A stretch of DNA of 61,310 nt, the filler included, from Candidatus Babelota bacterium (GTDB lineage: Bacteria; JAGOBX01): the NCBI GenBank assembly GCA_017999075.1. It is 13 parts of 13 records of this genome, joined end to end, with 100 filler letters (N's around TTAATTAATTAA, not from the genome) between each part and the next. Parts side by side here need not be neighbours in the genome. Positions count along the whole stretch, not along the records: positions 29,718 to 33,305 come from JAGOBX010000428.1; positions 33,406 to 36,972 come from JAGOBX010000429.1; positions 37,073 to 40,638 come from JAGOBX010000430.1; positions 40,739 to 57,649 come from JAGOBX010000017.1; 9 more parts are not named here. One strand, written 5' to 3'. Position 1 is the stretch's first letter. Each line of letters opens with the position of its first letter. Positions 30,272-41,492 of the stretch are shown here, piece after piece. The notes under the pieces were generated by a model that searched no databases, was not told the origin of the DNA, and saw nothing but the letters and a program-made list of their open reading frames with translations. Position numbers and translations under genes: made by a program.

Positions 30272-32569
30272 TTATTTGTTTAATAATTGAATAAGATTTT
30301 GCGTTGAATTTTTTAATAATTCGCCGTTTTCTGTTAATTCATTGCTTTTTGCCAGGACTTTGTCAGATATTTCTTTCAATTTGTCTGTTATTGAAACTAT
30401 ACTTGAAACAACAGACGATTGTTCCTTGACTGAATCTGATATGTCAATTATGGAATCGTTTGTCTCTGTTATTGATGAACTTATTTGTTTAAATGCATGA
30501 GTCGATTTTTCGGTTAGTTCAACCCCTTTTTGCAGTAGGGTGATTCCGTTTTTCATTGAATTGGAAGATATTTCGCTTTGTGTCTTTATGGTATCTACAA
30601 GCATTGAAATTTCTTTAACTGATTTTTGAGTTTGTTCTGAAAGTTTGTTAACCTCATCAGCAACAACTGCGAATCCTCGGCCTGATTCTCCTGCTCGCGC
30701 AGCTTCAATGGCAGCATTTAAAGCAAGCAGAGATGTTTTTTCGCTGATGCTTGTTATTATATTTACTATATTGCTTATTTTTCTGCTGCTTTCATTAAGT
30801 TCCTGAAGCTGAGCTGCGGTTTTTTTCATAGCATCATTGATTTCTTCCATACTTTGGAATAATTCAGATATAACTTTACAACCATCTTCAACAGTAGAAT
30901 TAACTATTTGTGAATTAGATTTTCCTTTATCGCAGTTATTCGCTATGTGTTGAATTGAAGAAGAAAATTCTGTTAAAGCAGTGTTTACATCATTAACTAA
31001 AAAAGATTCTTCGCTGCTCATTTTTCCATAATCATTTGAGATAACCGAAATTGAATTTGTTACGGTTTGAAGATTTTGTGAAGCATTTTCCACTTGTTTA
31101 ATTATTTTTTCGAGATTGGATATGAGTTTCTTCAGATTTACAGTCATTATTGCAAAATTTTCCCCCAATTCGCCTGGAAGCTTTATTTCTAAAACAGAAT
31201 TATTTAAATCCCCCTTTGCTAATGCTGAAGCTTGTTTTGAAATGTTTTGTAAAGTTATAACCACATCGGAAAAAGCTGAGCCAAGAGTTCCTTTATGCTC
31301 TACAGTTAATTTTTTATCATTGATATTTCCGCTTGAAATTATTTTTGCTTGTTCTGCTAAAGCGCGTAAATTTTTTATCATTTCAGAAAATGCTGAACTT
31401 AAAGAACCGGTTGCGTCAATTGTTAGTTTGTTATTTTCAAGATCATCTTTAGCTATTATTTTTGCCTGTTCTGCAAGTAACCTTAATTTAATAACCATTT
31501 GAGAAAAAGCGCTTCCGAGAGAACCTGTAATATCAGTTTTTAAATTTGAATTATATAAATCGTCGTTAGCTATTAATCTCGCTTGAACTGCGAGGTTTTT
31601 AAGTTTTTCAATCATTATACTGAATGATTCCCCTAAATCTCCTTTGATTTTTTCATTTAATTTCTCATTATCTAAAGAATCTTCAGCTATAAGCCGGGCT
31701 TGAACTAATATTTTATTCAGCCCATCAAGCATTTTGTTGAATGCAATAGATATTTTTCCTGTCTCATCATTTGATTTTACAGTTACTTTTTCAAGTTTTA
31801 ACTTTCCGTCAGCAATATCATTTAAAAGAATTGTTATACTGTTTAATGGTTTGGCAAGAAATTTTTTCATTAAAAAAAATATTATTGCAGCCATTAATAT
31901 GATTGCGGCTAAAGATAAAATAAATATAGTTATCAGCGCTGCATTAACCTTATCTTTAACCATCCGGTCGATTTGCTGTTTTGTATTTGATAATTTTATG
32001 TTTTGATCTTCTATGGATTTTTTTATATAATAATCATAAAAACCAATATAAATATATCCTACTTTTTCGCCTGTCCCGTTTATAAGAAGTTTTTCAAATT
32101 TTACTAGAGAATATTTTTTAGTTAATTCCGGCTGAAGTTCTTTCATTGTCATTCCCTGTGTAAATATTTGTGAGACAAATTCGTTTTTTTCGTTTAAAAA
32201 CGATGTTAGCGGGGTACCAGCCATATCAGTTACATATGCGTATAAGATTTCTTTATTATTGTTGCATGCAACCTCCATGTATCTGTTTAATGCTGTAAAA
32301 TCAAATGTGTTGAATGCTTCCAATGCATTTGTTGTTATGAATTCAAGGAGACTGGATATGTTTGCTTTTGCATTTTTTGAGAGAGTGTTGTTTGCTTCAT
32401 TGCTGATTTCCTGAAGAGTAGAACTGTAAATCATTCCTTGAGATTTTACTATCATATTCTGCTGCACTACAAGATAAAAAACAAATCCTGCTATTAGTAT
32501 AACGAAAAGAGGAATAATAAAAAACATTAATTTAAATGACAAATTCAAATTTTTAAAAAAACGCGACAT
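30272..32569 (-). CDS. methyl-accepting chemotaxis protein with poly-HAMP array
   Basis: Two TM segments flank a periplasmic sensor; a canonical HAMP (DETG..AFNKM), five 39-aa repeats, and the signalling hairpin [29 protein letters not shown]. Confidence 0.95.
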   Translation of the reverse strand: MSRFFKNLNLSFKLMFFIIPLFVILIAGFVFYLVVQQNMIVKSQGMIYSSTLQEISNEANNTLSKNAKANISSLLEFITTNALEAFNTFDFTALNRYMEVACNNNKEILYAYVTDMAGTPLTSFLNEKNEFVSQIFTQGMTMKELQPELTKKYSLVKFEKLLINGTGEKVGYIYIGFYDYYIKKSIEDQNIKLSNTKQQIDRMVKDKVNAALITIFILSLAAIILMAAIIFFLMKKFLAKPLNSITILLNDIADGKLKLEKVTVKSNDETGKISIAFNKMLDGLNKILVQARLIAEDSLDNEKLNEKIKGDLGESFSIMIEKLKNLAVQARLIANDDLYNSNLKTDITGSLGSAFSQMVIKLRLLAEQAKIIAKDDLENNKLTIDATGSLSSAFSEMIKNLRALAEQAKIISSGNINDKKLTVEHKGTLGSAFSDVVITLQNISKQASALAKGDLNNSVLEIKLPGELGENFAIMTVNLKKLISNLEKIIKQVENASQNLQTVTNSISVISNDYGKMSSEESFLVNDVNTALTEFSSSIQHIANNCDKGKSNSQIVNSTVEDGCKVISELFQSMEEINDAMKKTAAQLQELNESSRKISNIVNIITSISEKTSLLALNAAIEAARAGESGRGFAVVADEVNKLSEQTQKSVKEISMLVDTIKTQSEISSNSMKNGITLLQKGVELTEKSTHAFKQISSSITETNDSIIDISDSVKEQSSVVSSIVSITDKLKEISDKVLAKSNELTENGELLKNSTQNLIQLLNK

Positions 32570-32647
32570 ATATTTTATACCCTCATTTATTTTTATTTAT
32601 TAAAATTAACAGAATAATTTAATTTGATACATTATCCAAAATAAAAT

Positions 32648-33305
32648 CTAATCGCAGCATTCCTGCTGTGCGCCAGATGTAGTTATTTCAATTTCATCAG
32701 AATATGAACTCTCATTTTTCATTCTGTCAACTGCTGAAATTCTGATTTTATACTTATTTCCTGAATGCAGTCCTGATAACGTGCATTCTGTGTTTTTTAT
32801 TAAATTATCGTCTTTATTATATTTTTTCCAGCTGCTTCCTTTATGAGTATAATAAAGATTATATCCGGATAAATCATCTTCATTGTTTTGATTCCATCTC
32901 AATTCGATTCTGTTTGCATCCACTGATACCGCTTCTAACCCGGACGGTTGAGCAGGCTCTTCATAGTCGAAAATTTCAGATTGATTTATTACCACCCCGT
33001 CTTTTATTAATTTTATAATTACAGGTTTTTTCAGTCTGACTTTTACTTTCCCTTTAAATTTTCCTTTTGAAGAGTTGACTTTTTCGTCATTCACAAAAAT
33101 TTCGCAATCAGGATTTATCTTGCCTTCGATTTGAAAATAATCAAAGCTGTCAATGAAATAATCGGAAATTTCAATTTCCTGAACAGGGTTAGGGTTATCG
33201 CTGTAGTCGACAGTTTCATTTGATTTTACTGCAGGATTAAGGTTTAAATCAACTGGTTCATTGCTTTTGTTTATTAAATTTTTAGTATGATTGCAGGCAG
33301 GCAAT
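32648..33305 (-). CDS. fibronectin type III domain protein, probable lipoprotein (5' truncated)
   Basis: PAQPSGLEA..IELRW..DLSGYNLYY..LSGLHSGNKYKIRISAVD..NES.YS; LPAC at the contig edge resembles a lipobox. Confidence 0.8.
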
Positions 33306-33460
33306 NNNNNNNNNNNNNNNNNNNNNNNNNNNNNNNNNNNNNNNNNNNNTTAATTAATTAANNNNNNNNNNNNNNNNNNNNNNNNNNNNNNNNNNNNNNN
33401 NNNNNGCGTTATATAATTCCATAGGTAAAAAAATTACGATTGAATCGGAGGCAAAATAAA

Positions 33461-34663
33461 ATGGAAAAAATAATATTTTGGGGAATAATATTTTTATTAG
33501 GAATTACAGGGTGTTCAAAAAACGAAAAATTTTCGAGTGAAAAAATAAATGATTCTGACAAAAAAAATATATCAAGTCAGAAACCTGATGAAATGGGAAA
33601 AACCATTCCTGTAAGAACTGCTGTTATTGAAAAAGAAAAAATTTCGGAGGCAATTGAGCTGCAGGGAAATGCATCAGCGAAAGAATACGCTGTAGTTCCG
33701 GCAAGATTAGACGGAATAATTGAAAAATTGTATGTTGACGAAGGAATGAAAGTAGTAAAAGGAGAAACCAGGCTTTTTAAAATTGAGGCTGAAAACCTTG
33801 AAAATAATTTAAAAATTCAGCAGCATTCGCTTGGAGTTGCAGAATCGGCACTTGAAGAAAGCAAAGCTAATTTTGAACGGGTAAAAGCAGACAATCATAA
33901 AACCGCGATTGATTATGAACGGGCGAAAAGGCTTATTGAAAAAAATGTAATTACTCAGGATATTTTTGAACAGCAGGAATCGAGGTATAAGCAGTCAAAC
34001 GCAATGTTAAAACATGCTGAAGCTTTAATTAAACTTTCTGAAGAGTCGGTTAAGCAGGCCGCAGCGTCGTTGGAAATAGCGCGTAAAAAATTAAAAGATT
34101 CAGAAGTTACTGCTCCTGCAAGCGGTTATATAAGCAAGCGTTTTATTGAAGAAGGTGAAATGGCGAAATTCGGCGCACCTGTATTCAGGATAGATAATAC
34201 GGATATTATAGAATTATCGGCGTATCTTCCGGCAGAATATTATGCTAAAATAATTTCTAATAAAACCAGAATGGATGCAGAAGTTAACGGAATAAAATTA
34301 AAAAATCAAGTTGTTTCATATAAAAGTCCTGTATTAAATGAAAATTTTAGAACGTTTGAGATTAAAAGTTTGATAAAAAATATTGGTAATTCGATTTTTC
34401 CAGGGAGCATGGCAATTATAAAAGTTTATGTTGATGAAGAAAAAGAAGCGTTTACAATTCCGAAATCTGCAATCATAAAAAAAAATAATAAGAATTATGT
34501 ATATGCAATTAAAGATAATTGTTCAGTTTTGATAGAAATTAATACAGGATCTGAATCAAATGGTAAAATAGAAATATACGGAGCAGAAATTCGTAATGGA
34601 ATGAAAATAATCATTGAAGGACAATCTTTTGTTAAAAACGGCAGCCAGGTAAATTCTTTATAA
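33461..34663 (+). CDS. RND efflux periplasmic adaptor (membrane fusion protein)
   Basis: Lipobox ITGC, GIIEKLYVDEG.KV.KG, coiled-coil hairpin, VTAPASGYI, PGSMA, IPKSAI; GGAGG RBS before ATG 33461. Confidence 0.92.
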   Translation: MEKIIFWGIIFLLGITGCSKNEKFSSEKINDSDKKNISSQKPDEMGKTIPVRTAVIEKEKISEAIELQGNASAKEYAVVPARLDGIIEKLYVDEGMKVVKGETRLFKIEAENLENNLKIQQHSLGVAESALEESKANFERVKADNHKTAIDYERAKRLIEKNVITQDIFEQQESRYKQSNAMLKHAEALIKLSEESVKQAAASLEIARKKLKDSEVTAPASGYISKRFIEEGEMAKFGAPVFRIDNTDIIELSAYLPAEYYAKIISNKTRMDAEVNGIKLKNQVVSYKSPVLNENFRTFEIKSLIKNIGNSIFPGSMAIIKVYVDEEKEAFTIPKSAIIKKNNKNYVYAIKDNCSVLIEINTGSESNGKIEIYGAEIRNGMKIIIEGQSFVKNGSQVNSL

Positions 34664-34739
34664 TAAATAATTAATAAATCAAAATCATACAAAAAAATAT
34701 ACAGAGATTATGACAGGTTATTAGATACGGAGGCAAAAT

Positions 34740-36972
34740 ATGTTTTTATCGGATATTTCGGTCAGACGGCCAATAGCAATGTTGTGTTTAATAATAGGTT
34801 TGACATTACTTGGTTTAAACGCATACAGAAAAATCGGAGTAGAACTTTTTCCGCAAATGGATGTTCCGTATATAACTGTTACAGTCATATATCCTGGAGC
34901 AAGTCCTGAACAGCTGGAAGTTGATGTGGCAAAAAAAATTGAGAATCAGGTCGTTTCAATTGCAGGGCTGAAACATGTGACATCTTCATGCATGGAGAAT
35001 GTCTGCAATATTCTGCTTGAATTTGAAATGGGAATTAATGTTGATGTGGCTGCTACTGATGTACGAGAAAAAATAGATTTGATAAAAAAAGATTTGCCTG
35101 AGGAAGCGGAAGATCCTATAATAGTAAAATTCGATGTGAATTCAAAACCTGTTGTAAACCTGGCGTTGACCGGAACCCAATCAGTGGAAGACCTTTACGA
35201 TTATGCAGACAACAAACTGCGCGATAAAATTTCTGTAATAAGCGGAGTAGCTGATGTTACTCTTGTCGGAGGTTCTGAAAATGAAATTCATGTTTTGATT
35301 GACAGAGATAAAATTGCAGCCCGTGGTTTAACAAGTTTAAATGTTGTCAATGCTATAAGTTCGGGAATTAAAACAATACCTGCCGGAAGAATTAAAGATT
35401 ACGATATAGAATATTCAGTAGAGTTTCGCGGAGAATATGATGAAATTTCGGAAATAGGGAATTTTGAAATTGCAAATAATGCAGGTCAAAGATGTTATAT
35501 AAACAATATCGGAAAGATTCAAAAAACTTCAGGCGAACAGCGACAAAAGACATTTGTTAACGGTGAATCTGCGATAGGTATAAAAGTTGTAAAAAAGTCA
35601 GACGCCAATTCAGTCAGGGTAGTTAATGATGTGCGCAGAGCGATAGAAAAAATTAAAAATGAATTGCCGGAAGGAATGAAAATAAATTGGGTTAATGATG
35701 ACGGAAGATTTATCGAATCTTCTCTGGACAGTGCGTGGAGCGATGTTTTTCAAGGTATTTTATTGACGGCATTAATTTTATTTTTCTTTTTATATAATAT
35801 ACGTTCGCTTATAATTGTATGTATTTCAATGCCGCTGACAATAATAATCGGTTTATTCATTATGAAAATGTGCGGTTACACATTAAATATTTCAACATTG
35901 CTTGCCATAGGCATGTCAGTAGGGATTCTTGTTACTAATTCAATTGTTGTTTTAGAATCTATTGTTAAAAATTTTGAAATAACGGGTAATGCAAAGAGAG
36001 CTGCAATTGAAGGTTCGAGTAAAGTTGGGTTGGCAGTAATTGCAAGCGTAGGAACTAATTTGGTTGTTTTGATTCCTATTGCTATGATGGGAGGAATTAT
36101 AGCTTCATTTCTTAGGCCTCTTGCACTGACAATGGCTATAATGACTGTAATTTCTTTATTTATATCATTTACGCTTACGCCTCTGTTAGCTTCATTGATT
36201 TTGAGACCAAAACAGAAAAATTCAAAATCAATTATTTTAAAAATGGAAAAATTATGGAATTTCTGGTTTGAAAAAGTTATAGATGTTTACCGTTCTTTTC
36301 TTGTTATAAGCTTAAAACGTAAATTTATTATAATAATAATTTTATTTTTAACAATTTTATTTATTTTTCATTCGATGAAAAATTTCGGGGGACTTGGTTT
36401 TTCTTTTGTATCAGAATCGGATATGGGCCAATTAACGGTCAAACTTGAGTTTCCAACTTATTATAACATAAATCAGACTGAATTAAGAGTAAAGGAAATT
36501 GAAAGCAGAATAAATGATATTCCGGAATTAAAATCTGTTTTTACCACAATAGGAAAGGTTGATGGTATAATCGGTCAATCATCTGAAGGTGTATATTTAG
36601 CTCAGATTATACTGGTGTTTACAGATAAAGATAAACGTAAATTGACTTTAGACGATATTCAAAATATATTAAGGCCTAAATTAACCAATATTCCCGATTG
36701 TATTATTTCTGTAAATGTTCCGAGCCCGGTAGGAGGAAGCGGTTCGGAACTGGAACTTGAATTTTCAGGTGAAGATTTGAAAATGATTGATGATTTTGCA
36801 GTAAAACTCAAAGAACATCTTGATAATGAATCAGGTTTTAAGGATATAGATGTTTCAGTCCGTCAGGGAAAACCGAAATTGAGAATTATACCAAACAGGG
36901 CAGTATTATCTGATTTGAAGATTGCGCCTGTTAATTTTGGTCTTTCGTTGAGAGGAAATTTAGAAGGTATTA
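34740..36972 (+). CDS. RND efflux transporter permease (AcrB/AcrD/AcrF family), 3' truncated
   Basis: ISVRRP, ELFPQMDVP, YPGASPEQLE, LNISTLLA..VGILVTNSIVVLE, SFTLTP. Confidence 0.93.
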
Positions 36973-37072
36973 NNNNNNNNNNNNNNNNNNNNNNNNNNNN
37001 NNNNNNNNNNNNNNNNTTAATTAATTAANNNNNNNNNNNNNNNNNNNNNNNNNNNNNNNNNNNNNNNNNNNN

Positions 37073-37199
37073 TACATAAAACATCAATCGTTAAACGGCG
37101 ACATTTTAACGCCGTTTCCTACATAAAACATCAATCGTTAAACGGCGACATTTTAACGCCGTTTCCTACATAAAACATCAATCGTTAAACGGCGACATT
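37073..37199. repeat. 47-bp tandem repeat (2.7 copies) with an 8-bp GC-rich hairpin, GTAG-REP-like, overlapping the nifS 3' end
   Basis: Unit TACATAAAACATCAATCGTTAAACGGCGACATTTTAACGCCGTTTCC at 37073-37119 and 37120-37166, partial copy at 37167-37199; stem AAACGGCG/CGCCGTTT with a 9-nt loop. Confidence 0.9.
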
Positions 37200-38338
37200 G
37201 CCCTCAATTTTTCAATAATATCAGGCATAGTTCTGATAACTTCATCGACTTCTTCTTCTACATTATATCTTGATAAACTAAAACGTATTGACCCGTGAGC
37301 ATATTCATACGGAACAGACATTGCCATCAAAACATGAGATGGTTCCAATGACCCTGTAGTGCAAGCTGAACCTGATGATGCACAAATCTGTTTTTCGTTC
37401 ATATACAGTAGTATAGCTTCACCTTCTACATTTTTGAAACTTATGTTTACTGTATTTGGCAACCTGTTTTCAATATCTCCATTTATTTTTACAAGCTTAA
37501 TCTTTTCAATTAATCCTGACTCTAATTTATCACGCAGCCGTTTAACTTCTGAATTTTCATATTTAATATGTTTTCCGGCAAGTTCAGCAGCTTTTCCAAG
37601 ACCAATTATTGATGCTACATTTTCTGTTCCTGCCCTTAATCCATTTTCTTGATGTCCGCCGATCATAAAAGGTTTAAAAAGTGTTTTTTTCTTCAAATAC
37701 AAAACTCCAACACCTTTTGGTGCGTGGAGTTTATGTCCCGATAATGACAGCATATCAATATTGCTTTTTTTTAAATCAATCTCTATTTTCCCTACAGTCT
37801 GAACAGCATCAGTATGAAGCAAGGAACCTTTTGATTTTACTATCTCCGCGATTTTCAAAACAGGAAAAACAGTTCCAGTCTCATTATTAGCCCACATAAT
37901 ACTTACTATCGCAGTATCCTGATTTATTGATTTTTCAAGTTCGTCTAAATTCAATCTGCCCTTTTCATCAACATTTAAAAAAGTTATTTTATAACCACGC
38001 TGCATTAAATATTTGCAATAATTTAATACAGCAGGATGCTCAACTTTAGTGGTTACTATATGTTTCTTTTCAGGATATGATAATAAAACAGAATTTATCG
38101 CAGTATTATCCGATTCTGTTCCACAACTTGTTATGATTATTTCATCTTCTGAATCAGCGCCCAATAATCCTGCTATTTTTTCTTTTGCTGTTTTAAGTTT
38201 TTTTGCAACATTACCTCCAAACGAATGGGCGCTCGAAGGATTTCCATAATATTCAGAAAAATACGGAAGTATTTCCTGTAAAACTTCCGGCGCTACTTTA
38301 GTTGTTGCATTATTATCAAAATAAATATTTTTACTCAA
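37178..38338 (-). CDS. nifS: cysteine desulfurase (NifS/IscS type)
   Basis: YFDNNATT, GNPSS, TSCGTESDN, MWANNETG, HTDAVQ, SGHK, SSGSACT; TTG start immediately after nifU. Confidence 0.95.
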   Translation of the reverse strand: MSKNIYFDNNATTKVAPEVLQEILPYFSEYYGNPSSAHSFGGNVAKKLKTAKEKIAGLLGADSEDEIIITSCGTESDNTAINSVLLSYPEKKHIVTTKVEHPAVLNYCKYLMQRGYKITFLNVDEKGRLNLDELEKSINQDTAIVSIMWANNETGTVFPVLKIAEIVKSKGSLLHTDAVQTVGKIEIDLKKSNIDMLSLSGHKLHAPKGVGVLYLKKKTLFKPFMIGGHQENGLRAGTENVASIIGLGKAAELAGKHIKYENSEVKRLRDKLESGLIEKIKLVKINGDIENRLPNTVNISFKNVEGEAILLYMNEKQICASSGSACTTGSLEPSHVLMAMSVPYEYAHGSIRFSLSRYNVEEEVDEVIRTMPDIIEKLRAMSPFND

Positions 38339-38340
38339 AT

Positions 38341-39159
38341 TTATCTAACCTCTTTTACCTGTATTTTTTCATCTACCCTTGATTTTAAAGTTTCTTCAAC
38401 AAAAGATTTTATAGTCATAGTGGCCATCGGACAACCTGAACATGAACCTTTTAATTTTACAGATGCCACATTGTCAGCAAAATCAATCAATTCTATATCT
38501 CCGCCGTCATTCTGCAATCCTGGTCTTATTTCATTTTCAATCACACTTTTAAGTTTTTCAATTTTTTCTAAATTCGTCATTTTTTTTTCTCCTTCAATTC
38601 TATAAGCTTTATTAATAATTTCTAAAATATCAGGTTTGCACTTTCCGCAAGCTCCACCCGCTTTTGTATAATTTATAACTTCTTCAACAGTTTTCAAATT
38701 ATGTTCTCTAACTGCTTTTTCAATTTTAAAATTAGTTATTTTAAAACAATGACAAACGACAATTTCACCAGGAGCCAATTTTTCATCCAGATCTTCTTTG
38801 TAGTATATTTTCAATGCCTTTTCAATAGCTTCCTGTGCCATTACAGAACAGTGTATTTTAGCAGGAGGCAATCCGCCAAGCAAATCCACGATGTCCTGAT
38901 TTGAAATTTTTTTTACTTCATCAAGATTTTTACCTTTAATTAAATCAGTTAATACAGAAGACGATGCAATAGCGCTGCCACATCCGTAAGTTTGAAATTT
39001 AACATCTGCTATAGTATCATTTTCTATTTTTAAAAATAATTTCAATGCATCTCCGCAAGCTGCACTTCCCACTTCTACAACAACATTGGCATCATCAAGT
39101 TTACCGACATTATGCGGATTAAGAAAATGTTCTTTAACTTTTTCAGAATATTCCCACAT
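38341..39159 (-). CDS. nifU: three-domain Fe-S scaffold protein NifU
   Basis: IscU domain (CGD, GCGSAIAS, KIHCS), ferredoxin-like domain (VCHCF..GGACGKC) and Nfu domain (DGGDIEL..GSCSGCP). Confidence 0.95.
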   Translation of the reverse strand: MWEYSEKVKEHFLNPHNVGKLDDANVVVEVGSAACGDALKLFLKIENDTIADVKFQTYGCGSAIASSSVLTDLIKGKNLDEVKKISNQDIVDLLGGLPPAKIHCSVMAQEAIEKALKIYYKEDLDEKLAPGEIVVCHCFKITNFKIEKAVREHNLKTVEEVINYTKAGGACGKCKPDILEIINKAYRIEGEKKMTNLEKIEKLKSVIENEIRPGLQNDGGDIELIDFADNVASVKLKGSCSGCPMATMTIKSFVEETLKSRVDEKIQVKEVR

Positions 39160-39289
39160 TAAAAATCAATCTCCTTATACGAAACTCTTAAAAATTCCGG
39201 CATTTTTTCCCAACTATAAATATTAACAGCGACATAATATTTTTTATTTTCAAAATGCTGTTACATTAAAACACATTTTTTTTCAAATT

Positions 39290-39317
39290 ATTATACGCTC
39301 ATAATTTATTTTGTCAA
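39290..39317 (-). promoter_or_regulatory. consensus sigma70 promoter for nifU-nifS
   Basis: TTGACA (39317-39312), 16-nt spacer, TATAAT (39295-39290); AAGGAG RBS before ATG 39159. Confidence 0.7.
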
Positions 39318-39441
39318 GGAATTTTTCAGTAAAATCTTAATAAAAACCATGTAAAATAATGTATTCCATAAAATTATAAGAAGTCATGGAATTCAAAAAT
39401 AAATATTACAGTATAAAATAACGATTAATTGGTTTTATTTC

Positions 39442-40638
39442 TTATTTTTCAGGATTTTTGAGGGGATGTCCCGGCTGTATGTAATCCGGTAATTTTTTTA
39501 TCCACTCCTGATTTCCGGTTCCATACATAAACAAAATCGGCATCCATGCGCGTTTTGCCCATTCTTCTTCAGAATGACCGGCATTCAAATCACGAACCCA
39601 TATTAAATTTTTCTTAAATTCAAATCCTTTTTTCTGCAATACTTCAAGCATAACATCGCATCCCGGCTGAAGTTTCTGTTCAAGTCCTATACCTCCATTA
39701 TCAATATAAATTTTCAAAGGAAGTTTAGGCCAATCTGATTTTTTTAATTCATCCCAGTTAATCCAGAACGCGGGAGAAAAACATCCTGCCATCGAATAAA
39801 TTTCAGGATAATGCCAAATAAGAAGAAACGATGCGATTCCACCCATTGAAGAACCCATAACACTGGTGTGTTCCCTGCCGGAAAGTGTTCTATAATTCGA
39901 ATCAATAAAAGGCTTTAAAACATTGACCATAAAATTTTGATATAATCTTCCTTTTTCCCCATCAGAATATTCTTCAGAACGGTCAGCAGTACAATAATTG
40001 CCAACCACTATAATTTCTTTAATTTTATTCTGATTAATCAAATCGGTAACAGTTTCATCTATCTGCCAATCTATTCCGTGAGTGGAAGTAGCAGGATCAA
40101 AAACCTGCTGTCCATCATGCATATACATTACAGGATACCTTTTATCAGTATTTTTTTCATAACTTTCAGGAAGCCACACAAGAACATCCCGAGGTAAAAT
40201 GCCGGGAGATGCCATAGCCGAATGAAGAACAATTTTCCCTGTAATTTGACCTTGCACTTTTTTTTTAGCATTTTTAATTTCGTCTTTCCATTTAGGAACT
40301 TCTATAAAAATTTCAGTATCTGATTCTGCGGTAAATTCATAATTGCGTCTTATTGTATTATCATAATCAAGCGCTTCATTATCCCAATTTCCTCTTGTAA
40401 TTTTATATTCAGCAGATTCACCTTTTTCAAATTCAATAATTTTCACCCATAAACCGTCATTCTGTTTTTCAAATTCCACTAAGCCAGGCTGCCAGTTCCC
40501 AAGATGCATATGACTTCCTGCTATACTTATTTTTTTTTTCATCAGGCAAACTCAACGGTTTAACTATAAATTTTATTTTTACAGCTTCAAGTTCAATATT
40601 AAACAAAAACAAAAAGAATAAAATTATAACAACATTTT
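39442..40638 (-). CDS. alpha/beta-hydrolase esterase with N-terminal CBM20-like domain; signal peptide separated by a +1 frameshift in an A10 run (40530-40539); 5' truncated
   Basis: LGNW, EYKITRGNW, VWLPESY..RYPVMYMHDGQ, GSSMGG nucleophile, GHSE..W..R. The upstream frame NVVIILFFLFLFNIELEAVKIKFIVKPLSLPDEKK joins ISIAG if the run is A9. Confidence 0.85.
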
Positions 40639-40849
40639 NNNNNNNNNNNNNNNNNNNNNNNNNNNNNNNNNNNNNNNNNNNNTTAATTAATTAANNNNNN
40701 NNNNNNNNNNNNNNNNNNNNNNNNNNNNNNNNNNNNNNATTATTACATATATTCTTAAATAATATTAAAATTAATGTATCTGTAAATTTGTGCATTTTTT
40801 TAATTCAATTTGTTTTTTCTTGTCAATATAATTCAGGAGGCAAAAAATT

Positions 40850-41449
40850 ATGTCAATAAAATTAAAAATATTGATTGTTGACGATGAACAGGCAGTCCAA
40901 TTATATTTTAAAAAGTTATTAAGTGAGGAAGGTTATGAAGTAGATTTCGCATCAAACATTGACGAAGCAGTAGCAAAAGTAAAAGCCGAAACATTTCATA
41001 TAATATTTCTTGATTTAATTATGCCCGGAAAAAATGGGGAACAAGGTTTAGTTGAACTTAAACGCCATAACCCTGAAGCTTCAATAGTAGTTATAACAGG
41101 ATATCCATCTGTAGAAAGCGCTATCGAAACCCTGAAAAACGGGGCAGAAGATTACATAAAAAAACCATTTGACAATGAAAATATAAAAAATTTAATAAAC
41201 AGGATAGTAAGAAAACATAATCTGCTTTCTGACGTAGACGAATTCATTTCTGAAACAGTTGGAACAAGACTTAAATCTTTAAGAAAAACACAAAAAATGA
41301 CTTTAAAAGATTTATCAGATAAAATCGGGCTATCTATAAGTTTATGTTCTCAAATTGAAAACGCTAAAGTAATGCCTTCATTATTGACTCTATATAAAAT
41401 ATCAAGAGGATTAAACAGTACGCTGGAAGAGGTTGTAAGAGATTTATAA
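40850..41449 (+). CDS. response regulator with C-terminal XRE-family HTH domain
   Basis: ILIVDDE, LDLIMPG, ITGY, YIKKPF; then VGTRLKSLRK..MTLKDLSDKIGLSISLCSQIEN..PSL.TL.KI. Confidence 0.9.
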   Translation: MSIKLKILIVDDEQAVQLYFKKLLSEEGYEVDFASNIDEAVAKVKAETFHIIFLDLIMPGKNGEQGLVELKRHNPEASIVVITGYPSVESAIETLKNGAEDYIKKPFDNENIKNLINRIVRKHNLLSDVDEFISETVGTRLKSLRKTQKMTLKDLSDKIGLSISLCSQIENAKVMPSLLTLYKISRGLNSTLEEVVRDL

Positions 41450-41492
41450 TTAAAATTATTTTAAATCTAAAATATTTTTCAGTATAAAGCTT

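Noticed and set aside
37073..37199. Possible CRISPR array
   Set aside because: Units are identical head-to-tail with no unique spacers, and no cas genes are in the window.
37178..39159. Nitrogen fixation inferred from nifU/nifS
   Set aside because: No nifHDK in the window; the NIF-type Fe-S system is used for housekeeping in many non-diazotrophs.
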